NCBI RefSeq assembly: GCF_001194135.2
Contig: NC_069004.1
Location: 13,910,185 to 13,974,184 of the forward strand
DNA length: 64,000 nt
Direction of reading: 5' to 3'
Origin: Octopus bimaculoides
Taxonomy: Eukaryota
Positions 54,903-64,000 of this stretch are shown piece after piece; positions within the stretch are counted from its first letter, which is position 1, and every line of letters starts with the position of its first letter. Under the pieces are notes generated by a model. It was not told the DNA's origin. It saw nothing but the letters and a program-made list of their open reading frames with translations, and ran no database searches. Made by a program: the position numbers and the translations under genes.

Positions 54903-55050
54903 ATTCTCACTGAAACCAGTTTTTTTCTGTTTTGATCCAACAGAATAGAAGGCAGGTATTAAGTCTGGAGGGCAATCTGCATAGTACTGGCAGGCAGTTA
55001 CAGGAGACTCATGAATGTCCATAGGATAAGGGTTTTCAAAACACGGATAG
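54903..55050 (-). CDS. STXBP5: Tomosyn exon, 148 nt: YPCFENPYPMDIHESPVTACQYYADCPPDLIPAFYSVGSKQKKTGFSEN
   Basis: Acceptor tatttccacag, donor AAT|gtgagt; phase 2 in, phase 0 out; resembles YPIFENPYPLSIHESPVTCCEYFADCPVDLIPALYSVG. Confidence 0.95.
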
Positions 55051-55179
55051 CTGTGGAAATAGAAAGAAAAACAAAAAAAAAAATACTGTTTTAAAAGTTC
55101 TTTTAGAGAAATTTCTGTTTGCGATATTTGTATATTTATAAAGTGTAAGTATTAGAGAGATGTGTGTGTGTTTCACACA

Positions 55180-55633
55180 CCAGATGATAGCAAGCTAATG
55201 GGGTCATCAGGAGAGAATGCGTACTGTTTTGGGGCCTTCCTCTTAATGGCATTACTGCGCACCAGCCCACCCCCTTGCTGAAATAAGGCCCTGCTTGCTA
55301 GATTAACAAGTTACTAGGTTTCACTCAATATTCTTCTAGCCATTGCTCATCGTGTCTTTTTAACTAAATCTAGTAGCTTGCTTTCTCCACTATAACCTGA
55401 ATATCGATCATAATGGTATTTGCTTTATGATGAGTTAGGCTTAGTAACAACGACAATTGCCTCACACTGTGTCCAATGAATCCTCTACACCCAACTTCAA
55501 TTGGAAAATGCTCTACTTTCAAGCCTGTGTTTTCACATTTCTCAAGGAGGTTTTTATAATGGTTGATCTTTTGAGTCCAAGCACCACCCATATTATCTTA
55601 ACAAGGAACTGTTAGCTCGACTAAAGTTACTAA
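55180..55633 (-). mobile_element. 3' end of a REL-endonuclease non-LTR retrotransposon (HERO/NeSL-like)
   Basis: VELTVPC*DNMGGAWTQKINHYKNLLEKCE...EHFPIEVGCRGF (ORF 55370..55591) matches the ELTVPWE...K..KY...P.EVG.RG REL signature. The 3' boundary is approximate. Confidence 0.75.
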
Positions 55634-56140
55634 TGTTTGTATTTATTTTACATGCCAGTGATATTTATATATGTGTATTTATAAATCATTATGAAATATA
55701 TAAATATTATCTGCATATAAAGGAAATACAAACACTGACTACATCACATGCATGTCTGGAGAGAGAGCTTGTTATGAACAGAAGTAAGTATGTTAGTTGT
55801 CATGTTCATGCCTTTCAAGTACCATAGTATACTGTTACAGAAATGAAATGATTACAAATAGTTGACTTGGCTCACGGAGATTACTCTACAGCATTCAATA
55901 GTATATATTTCTTTACAGCCCACAGGGGGCTAAACATAGAGGAGACAAACAAGGACAGACAAAGAGGTCAAGTCGATTACATCAACCCCCAGTGCATAAC
56001 TGGTACTTATTAATCGACCTCGAAAGGATGAAAGGCAAAGTTGACCTCAGCGGAATTTGAACTCAAAACGTAACAGCAGATGAAATACAGCTAAGCGTTT
56101 CACCCGGCATGCTAATGATTCTGCCAGCTCACCGTCCTTA

Positions 56141-56250
56141 TATAGCTTACATTGATAGTTACAGTATAGCCTACACTAACAGTTATAGTATAGCTTCCAC
56201 TAATAGTTATAGTACAGCCAGCACTAACAGTTATAGTATAGTCTACAACA
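56141..56250. repeat. 24-bp minisatellite, about 4.5 copies
   Basis: tatagcctacactaacagttatag-type units start at 56141, 56165, 56189, 56213 and 56237. Confidence 0.85.
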
Positions 56251-56485
56251 GTACAGTCTATATTATTAGTATACTATAGTCTTCATTAATGTTGATTAGC
56301 TCTCAAGTTAGTTTTAATCAAACAGACTTGGAATTAAAGGTATTTCAAACTTGACCAACCTATCATTTTTTGAGACTCAGTATACACATTAGACTACATT
56401 CACTGAAGTGTATTTATTTATCACACATGAAACTGCCTTGTTTTCCCCACTCAACAAATTTAGAAAACAACAACATTGTACTTAC

Positions 56486-56558
56486 CCTTGGACTGTGAGA
56501 TCCACAACAACTAAATCATTTTGAAGAAGTACAACTATGGCATATGGTACCTGAAAAT
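56486..56558 (-). CDS. STXBP5: Tomosyn exon, 73 nt: (D)FQVPYAIVVLLQNDLVVVDLTVQ(G)
   Basis: Acceptor gtttcag, donor GG|gtaagt; resembles vertebrate DFQEPYAVVVLLEKDLVLIDL. Missed by the ORF track. Confidence 0.92.
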
Positions 56559-57837
56559 CTGAAACAAACAAACTTCAATTAATTAAAAAGTAACAATTTA
56601 ACATTATCATTATGTTTTCAACATCTTTACCAGAGTCTCCACTGCGACATTGGATGCATCTGTTTTTCAAAGGGGTGTGTAAATCTGTGTTTTGTGGATG
56701 GTGGTGCACAATTGTGTTTATGTGCAAAATCAGTTTTACTTTTTGGTGTTTCATCTGTTTGTTGTGTAGACTATGCACAATATGAGTTTTGCTATGGTAG
56801 CTTATTGCTGCCTTGGAGTATGGACACACTGAGCAGTTGCCCAGGAGCCTCACCAAGCCAGGGAAATGATTCTCAACTGAGGGTCTATATAAGATTTTTG
56901 GGCGTCCACACAAGAAAATTAATAAATTAGTATTTTAAGGGTCCATATTTTATCTTTTACTTGTTTCAGGCATTAGACTTCAGTCATGCTGGGGTATGTT
57001 GAGGAGATGGGCTATAGATTGCCTATAGGGTTTTATAACCATTGAAGTGAAGGTGTGTGGCTTTGTGGTTTGGCGTATTCAGCTCACATTTGTAAGGTTG
57101 TGAGTCTACCAGCAGCATGTTGTGGCCTTGAGCAAGACACTTTATTTCATGTTGCTCCAGCCCACTCAGCCTTGTCACCTTCTGTGTCACACTGAATCTC
57201 TCTGAGAACTACAATAATGGTATGTGTGCTTGTGGCATGCTCAGCCAATTGCATGTTAATTTCATGAGCAGGTTGTTATATTGATTGGATCAAGTGGAAT
57301 GCTCATTGTCATAACCAATGGAGTGCTAGTTGATTTCATTCATCAGATTGTTGAGATCAAAGCAAAACAGAAAACTAGAAGGAAAGGAGTCTTCTTCAAA
57401 GATTTTGGCTGTCAGGTGAAACAAACCTGTTCTGTCCAACTATCATACTTTACCCTTTAAACACCTAGAATGAAGCCATCTCCTTCTCTACTATACTCCT
57501 ACTCAATTTAGTGAAGTACCTTTTTAGCCTTGTGGTTACACGGTGACCTCACCAGTGCTGGTGCCATAGAAAAGGCATCCAATACTCTGTAAAATGATTG
57601 GCATTAGGAGGGTGCATCCAGCTGCAGAAACTATGCTAAAGCAGGCATGAGAGCTGGCTGCAGTCCTTAGACTCTTTGGCTATCAAATGATACAACTTAG
57701 TCCAGCATGAAAAATAGGTGCTATATGATACAATAAGCTCATTATGATGATGATCACACACACATATATGTAGTTAAGTCTATGTCCAGTCATAGTGTGA
57801 CCAATGGTTTTGCATCCACAAAGGGCTTAGCCACAAA

Positions 57838-58080
57838 GGCAGCGAGATGGCAGAATTGTTAGCATGCCAGGCAATATGCTTAGCGGTATTTCGTCAGCCG
57901 TTACATTCTGAGTTCAGTTCAAATCCCACCGAGGTCGACTTTACTTTTCATCCTCTTGGGGTCGATTAAATAAGTACCAGTTACACACTGGGGTCGATGT
58001 AATCGACTTAATTCCTCTGTCTGTCCTTGTTTGTCCCCTCTATGTTTAGCCCCCTGTGGGCAATGAAGAAATAAAAAAAA
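57838..58080 (+). mobile_element. SINE-like family A (most abundant)
   Basis: ggcagcgag.tggcagaat.gttagca...ctgagttca...gaggtcgacttt.ctttcatcct...gggtcgat..aagtaccag. Copies near 6415, 6624, 7867, 45247, 49200-49797 (three, inverted), 55905-56138 (inverted) and 59955. Confidence 0.8.
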
Positions 58081-58287
58081 GCTTAGCCACCATGGATGTC
58101 TCCTCAGATAGTCTGACAAGACGTCCATGATGGGGCTAAGCCCCTTGTGGATGTGAAACCATTGGTCACTCTATGACTGGACACAGACCTAACTGCATAT
58201 AAATACATTACAGCTTTATGCTTTAGAGTGTGCTTGTTTTTCAGATATACGATGTATTGAGAGCTATGATTGACCGTTGACCGAACA

Positions 58288-58463
58288 CTATTCAATTTTT
58301 TTTCTCCGTGTTTTTCTCCTTGTCTCCGTATTCTTTCTGTTGAAGAGCGTAGCTCGAAACGTTAAAGACTTTCCGTATTCCCGAGCGTCATACTAATACA
58401 TCCTTTTGTTATTTACACCACCTGTCCTCGTCTGTTGTTGTTTTTTCGTACATTCTCCCATAT
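58288..58463 (+). mobile_element. Young 175-bp repeat carrying a minimal hammerhead-like motif (Penelope-like derivative)
   Basis: TCTTT|CTGTTGA|A GAGC gta GCTC|GAAAC|GTT|AAAGA at 58332-58368; near-identical inverted copy at 63496-63670. Confidence 0.7.
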
Positions 58464-58474
58464 ATATATATATA

Positions 58475-59005
58475 NNNNNNNNNNNNNNNNNNNNNNNNNN
58501 NNNNNNNNNNNNNNNNNNNNNNNNNNNNNNNNNNNNNNNNNNNNNNNNNNNNNNNNNNNNNNNNNNNNNNNNNNNNNNNNNNNNNNNNNNNNNNNNNNNN
58601 NNNNNNNNNNNNNNNNNNNNNNNNNNNNNNNNNNNNNNNNNNNNNNNNNNNNNNNNNNNNNNNNNNNNNNNNNNNNNNNNNNNNNNNNNNNNNNNNNNNN
58701 NNNNNNNNNNNNNNNNNNNNNNNNNNNNNNNNNNNNNNNNNNNNNNNNNNNNNNNNNNNNNNNNNNNNNNNNNNNNNNNNNNNNNNNNNNNNNNNNNNNN
58801 NNNNNNNNNNNNNNNNNNNNNNNNNNNNNNNNNNNNNNNNNNNNNNNNNNNNNNNNNNNNNNNNNNNNNNNNNNNNNNNNNNNNNNNNNNNNNNNNNNNN
58901 NNNNNNNNNNNNNNNNNNNNNNNNNNNNNNNNNNNNNNNNNNNNNNNNNNNNNNNNNNNNNNNNNNNNNNNNNNNNNNNNNNNNNNNNNNNNNNNNNNNN
59001 NNNNN
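58475..59005. other. Largest assembly gap; others at 4110-4435, 25328-25648, 30729-30738, 39555-39841, 43975-44074, 46252-46482 and 63022-63126
   Basis: N runs, mostly flanked by (TA)n, typical of short-read scaffolding. Confidence 0.99.
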
Positions 59006-59729
59006 TATATATATGAGTGGACAAATGAAAGGAAAAGGCACTCAACACATTTAGTAGGAGTCACATGTATTATTTTGGTAATTTAAGCCTGAAAGAAATG
59101 GGCTTTCGTTAAAGGCCCATGAAACTAAGTTGCATAAAGCCGAATCAAACCATTTTAAATATATCACGTGATTGCGTGATCGACCAGGCTAATAGATGTT
59201 GTTACACATCGCTGGTCACTGTGTGCTTTGCATTGTTTTAGCTTTCAAATGTTCAAATGATGCCACCCTGCTGGCTAGGTGAGCAGGCCAACGATCCCCT
59301 CTGATCGAAGGGGGACTGGAGTAATGTAAAGTGAAGTGTTTCGCTGAAGAACACAAAGCACCACCACGTCAGGGAATTGAACCCATGATCTAGCAATCAT
59401 GAGTGCAACAACCTAACCACTTGACCACGTGCCTCCACATTATATATATAATATATATATAGGGAGAGAGAGCAAGAGGAAAGAGAAAGGAAAGAGAGAG
59501 AGGAGAGAAATATTGTGCTTTAGATTAAATTAAAAATAAAAATGTTTTGTTACAATTAGCTACATGCTTCACTCGAGCTTATCAAATGGAATATATAATA
59601 TTGTTCTTGACATCTAATCCATCTCGAGTACTTTGAAATTGGCTTCTAGTTCATAAGTAGCATTTGAAACATGTATATGTGTGTGTGTGCGTGTGTGTGT
59701 GTGTGAGAGAGAGAGAGGGGGGAGAGTTA

Positions 59730-59765
<36 letters not shown>

Positions 59766-61283
59766 GGGGGGGAGAGTTATGTGTGTGTGTGAGTGTGTGT
59801 ATGACTCCTTTTTTCCATTGGTCAGTGCCTTTGTGAGTGGGTAAGTGAACATGTAAACGTAATATGAAGAGAAGGAGTACGTAATAGCCGGTGCCTAGCT
59901 ATAGTTTCATAGGGTCAAGCAGATGAGACTGGATATTAGTATTCTTTAATTAATACTCCAGCTGACAGAATTGCTAGCATGCCAGACAAAACGCTAGGCA
60001 ACATTTCGCCAGTCTTTACTTTCTGAGTTCAAATTCCACTGAAGTCAACCTTGCTTTTCATCCTTTTGGGGTCAATAAAATAAGTATCAGTTGAACACTT
60101 GGAGTTGATGTAATTAATTTGCCTCTCTCCATTAAAGTTGTAAGAAGTAAAAGAAGAAGAACCATCTTAAGGCATGGGTACACTGTGCAGTTGTCCAGGT
60201 GTGTCATGGATCTAAGTACCTACTTGTAATCTATGTATACCACAGCTTGCTGTCAATAAAGATATACTATGGGACCTATGAACTGATTTGCCCATGGTCA
60301 ATAATGTTGCTAAGATGGCTCTCATTATCATCACCATTTTTACAGTCACTTTTACCATGTTTGTGTGGGTTCAATACAGCTCCTTGAGGCAGTACTTCAG
60401 TATTTATATGGTCAGATGCATTTTCTGTCACCAACCCGTAAATAATTAGCAAGAACAGTAAATTTCATTCCATTAGTCATCATGAGGTATGGAACATATT
60501 AAGGGGAGATGGAAACACTTGCACTGTTGTCCAAACTGTGTCAATATGAAGACACATGGAATCAAACATTTACATACAGGCAATTGCATATAGCCACAGG
60601 TTCAGGTTGAAACAAGTAAAACTAAAAGTACACATATACACACTATGGGATTTGAAACAGTTTCTATCTACTAAATTCCAGTGTTGAGTCAACTCAAAGC
60701 TATAGCGGAAAACATTTGCCCAAGGTGCTGTCAGTGGGTAGGAATACCAGGAATACAGCCATGTCTAAGATATTGGCTTCAAATTTTGGCACAAAGCCAG
60801 TAATCTTGGGGGGGGGGGGGCTTAAGTTGATTCTTTTATTCTGTTACTTATTTCAGTCATTTGACTGCAGCTATGATGGAATTTTAGGGTTTTAGTTAAA
60901 GAAATCAACCCCAGGAGTTATTATTTGTAAGACTAGTACTAATTCTATCGTCCTCTTTTGCTGAACCGCTAAGTTACGGGGACATAAACACAAGCACACC
61001 AACATCTGTTGTCAAGCAATGGTTGGGAGGACAAACATAGAAACAAAGACACACACACAAAAATGTATATACATATATACGATGGGCTTCTTTCAGATTC
61101 CGTTTATCAAATCCACTCACAAGGCTTTAGTCAGCCTGAAGCTATAGTGGAAGACACTTGCCCAAGGTGCTATGCAGTGGGACTGAACCTGGAACCATGT
61201 GGTTGGGAAGCAAGCTTCTTACCACATAGCCATGCCTATACTGGTACTTATTTTATAGACACCAAAAGAAGGAAAAGCAAATT

Positions 61284-61590
61284 GGCGGAATTTGAACTCA
61301 GAATGTAATGACAGATGAAATGCCACTAAATAGTTTGCCTGGCTCGTTAATGATTGTCAGCTCACTGCGTTATAGAGAAAAGTTGACCTGAAGAAAACAT
61401 GAACTCAGAGTGTGAAGATGGACGAAATGACACGAAACATTTTGCCTGGCTCGCTATCGATTCTATCAGCTTGCTGCCTTATAAAGAAAAGTTGACCTTG
61501 GTGGAATTTGAACTCAGAACATAAAGATGGATAAAATATCACTAAGCATTTCGCCCAGCGTGTAAACGATTCTGCTAGCTCACCGCCTTA
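61284..61590 (-). repeat. Three head-to-tail copies (about 108 bp) of the family A SINE 5' head
   Basis: gaactcag at 61294, 61401 and 61510; junction tata.agaaaagttgacc is repeated. Confidence 0.75.
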
Positions 61591-61744
61591 AAACTTGTAA
61601 AAAATATCGAATACATACATCAGACACCAAGCCATTTCCCTTTTTATATAAGTATACATAACCATGTTGTCTTCAACAGTCACTTGTAATTTTTATTGAT
61701 CAACTTATCAAACCATCCACTATCAAGCATACACCCACATACTC

Positions 61745-61782
<38 letters not shown>

Positions 61783-62692
61783 CACACACACACTCTCTCT
61801 CTCTCTCTCTCTACTCACATACACAGACAGACACACAATCTTTGTTCTAATGTATTCAACAATTCAACAGGTTCTCACCTGTATGTATAACTATGTAGGC
61901 TCTGAAATGTATAAAAACACAAAATATAAATCAATCATTGCACACACACATACACACACGTGTGTGTATGTGTGTGCATGTATGTATATATAACTATATG
62001 AAAACCGAATGAAATGATAGATAACAGTCAGAGCTTGATGAGATATGAATGTGTGTGTGTGTGTGCATGTGTATGTTGTCTTTTTTTCTTATTTTAGTCA
62101 TTTAAACTATGGCCATGTTGGGGCACTGCCTTGAAGAATTTTAGTCAAAGGAATTGGCTCCAGTACTAATTTTTTTAGGCCTGGTACCTATTCAGTCAGT
62201 CATTTATGCTGAACTGCTACGTTATGGGGACATAAAAACACCAACACTGGTTGTCAAGTGGAGGTGGGGCATGCAAACACAGACACAAAGACACATGTGC
62301 ACACACACACACATATGGTAGGCTTCTTTCAGTTTCTGTCTACGAAATCCACTCACAAAGCTTTGGTAGGACACTTGCCCACGGTGCCACTCAACCTGGA
62401 ACATATATATATATATAACTATCCATTTAGAGAAAAATTTGTAGTTTAGAATCAGTAGTTCTTTGACTGCTATTTCTAAATTTTCAGTATGTTGGAGAAG
62501 CAACTCAATGCTAATCCCTGTATATTTATGATGATAAATGGTTTTACCGATAAAGGTTTTTTCATACTGAACTACTTGGCAAAATTGTCAATTATTAATT
62601 CTATTATTAATTGACGATTCCCTGCCCTTATTCATGTATATATATAACTATATGTATATTTCTGTGTATATGTATATCTCCATATATATATA

Positions 62693-62917
62693 TATCTGTA
62701 AAAATATGTGACACTCATTCAGTAGCCATGACAAAACTCCGAGTTTCGGATGCCAGGGTGGGGGGTCCACTCCAACATCTCTTCAGTTATCCAGCCACTG
62801 GAAATTCCTTTGAAAAATGACCGTTAAACACAAAGGGAGATTAAAAAAAATTTTTCATGGAAATTAAAAAAAGTTTTATCATGGCTACTGAATAAGTGTC
62901 ACATATTTTTACAGATA
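62693..62917. mobile_element. 225-bp element with about 46-bp terminal inverted repeats enclosing a hammerhead-like fold
   Basis: tatctgtaaaaatatgtgacactcattcagtagccatgacaaaact / agttttatcatggctactgaataagtgtcacatatttttacagata (2 mismatches). Confidence 0.8.
62730..62791 (-). ncRNA. Type I hammerhead-ribozyme-like fold with canonical core, sense to tomosyn pre-mRNA
   Basis: GATAA|CTGAAGA|GATGTTGGAGTGG accc CCACCCTGGCATC-C|GAA|ACT cgg AGT|T|TTGTC. Stem II has one bulged C, one A.C mismatch and wobble pairs; GUU triplet. Confidence 0.6.
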
Positions 62918-62974
62918 AATTCCTCTATTTGCATAATATCGAGGTCTCTTTCTTTCTTTTGTTGCCATTCCTGT

Positions 62975-63021
<47 letters not shown>

Positions 63022-63450
63022 NNNNNNNNNNNNNNNNNNNNNNNNNNNNNNNNNNNNNNNNNNNNNNNNNNNNNNNNNNNNNNNNNNNNNNNNNNNNNNN
63101 NNNNNNNNNNNNNNNNNNNNNNNNNNATATTTGAATTTATTCTTATGTATGCATCATTGTGGCATATCAGCAAATGGTTTTTACACATTTTGTATTTAGC
63201 CACAGACTGGTGATTCAGTTTCGATTTGATTCAGGTACAAGATGTTGATGGGCCACAAAAATTGCGAAATATTATTATCCATCATACCTGCATGGGATTT
63301 GGTGTGAGTTAACTTGCCTGGCTATAACTTTCAGGTGTTTTAGCACTTGGCACTTTGAGGGAGTTGTCTCCACCATGCTAAGCCACAGCCTACCGGTGAA
63401 CAAGTAAAACACATACAGTGTGTATGTCTGGTCAATATATACATACATAT

Positions 63451-63495
<45 letters not shown>

Positions 63496-63498
<3 letters not shown>

Positions 63499-63670
63499 GG
63501 GAGAATATACGAAAAAACAACAACAGATGAGGACAGGTGGTGTAAATAACAAAAGGATGTATTAGTATGACGCTCGGGAATACGGAAAGTCTTTGACGTT
63601 TCGAGCTACGCTCTTCAACAGAAAGAATACGGAGACAAGGAGAAAAACACGGAGAAAAAAAATTGAATAG
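63496..63670 (-). mobile_element. Second copy of the young hammerhead-motif repeat, sense to tomosyn pre-mRNA
   Basis: Minus strand 63626-63590 reads TCTTT|CTGTTGA|A GAGC gta GCTC|GAAAC|GTC|AAAGA. Confidence 0.7.
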
Positions 63671-63968
63671 ATATATATATACATATATATATATTGGCTG
63701 TGTGGAAAGTAGCTTGCTTACCAACCACATGGTTCCGGGTTCAGTCCCACTGCGTGGCACCTTGGGCAAGTGTCTTCTACTATAGCCTCGGGCCGACCAA
63801 AGCCTTGTGAGTGGATTTGGTAGACGGAAACTGAAAGAAGCCCGTCGTATATATGTATATATATATATATGTATATGCACATAAATATTCATTTGTGATT
63901 CGTGTGGTGCAGTATGAAGAGACACCAGTGTTTGTTTCTATGTATGAATCTGTAGGAGTACATATGTC

Positions 63969-64000
<32 letters not shown>

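Noticed and set aside
56141-56250. Short periodic repeats as a CRISPR array
   Set aside because: The units are contiguous with no unique spacers, the context is eukaryotic, and there are no cas genes.
63190-63410. Plus-strand exon-like pieces separated by a 31-nt GT-AG interval; VDGPQKLRNIIIH loosely resembles an integrase motif
   Set aside because: The interval is too short for a likely intron, all frames stop quickly, and I cannot assign a family. It does not encode the expected upstream tomosyn exon.

Overview
AT-rich animal genomic DNA with eight N gaps and many (TA)n/(CA)n/(GA)n microsatellites. The repeat content suggests a coleoid cephalopod, probably Octopus (inference). The window is the interior of one large minus-strand gene, tomosyn/STXBP5. 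I reconstructed seven GT-AG coding exons by hand (56558-56486, 55050-54903, 51313-51246, 45938-45898, 43336-43134, 28077-27931, 701-556). They join in phase into DFQVPYAIVVLLQNDLVVVDLTVQGYPCFENPYPMDIHESPVTACQYYADCPPDLIPAFYSVG...GWPIKGGEWG...HADGSVKFWDAS...ITSICVNSSYGL-type WD40-propeller sequence (actual terminus NVTSICVNSSYGL). Both ends of the gene lie outside the window or in gaps. The 27-kb phase-0 intron holds a strong candidate 42-nt microexon (22711-22752) and several weaker ones. Introns are filled with tRNA-type SINE-like repeats, piggyBac-, hAT- and mariner-type MITEs, two decayed Tc1/mariner copies, RTE fragments, a HERO-like REL tail and an LTR-like insert with an antisense TATA/Inr promoter. 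The most unusual signal is a set of hammerhead-ribozyme-like folds in several different short repeats (40808-40853, 62730-62791, 58332-58368, 63590-63626, 35081-35108). Several are embedded in inverted-repeat structures, consistent with Penelope-derived, retrozyme-like elements, and some carry core substitutions (U4C, A6U). Almost all ORFs in the supplied track are microsatellite or gap artefacts. No CRISPR array, rRNA gene or true tRNA gene was seen.
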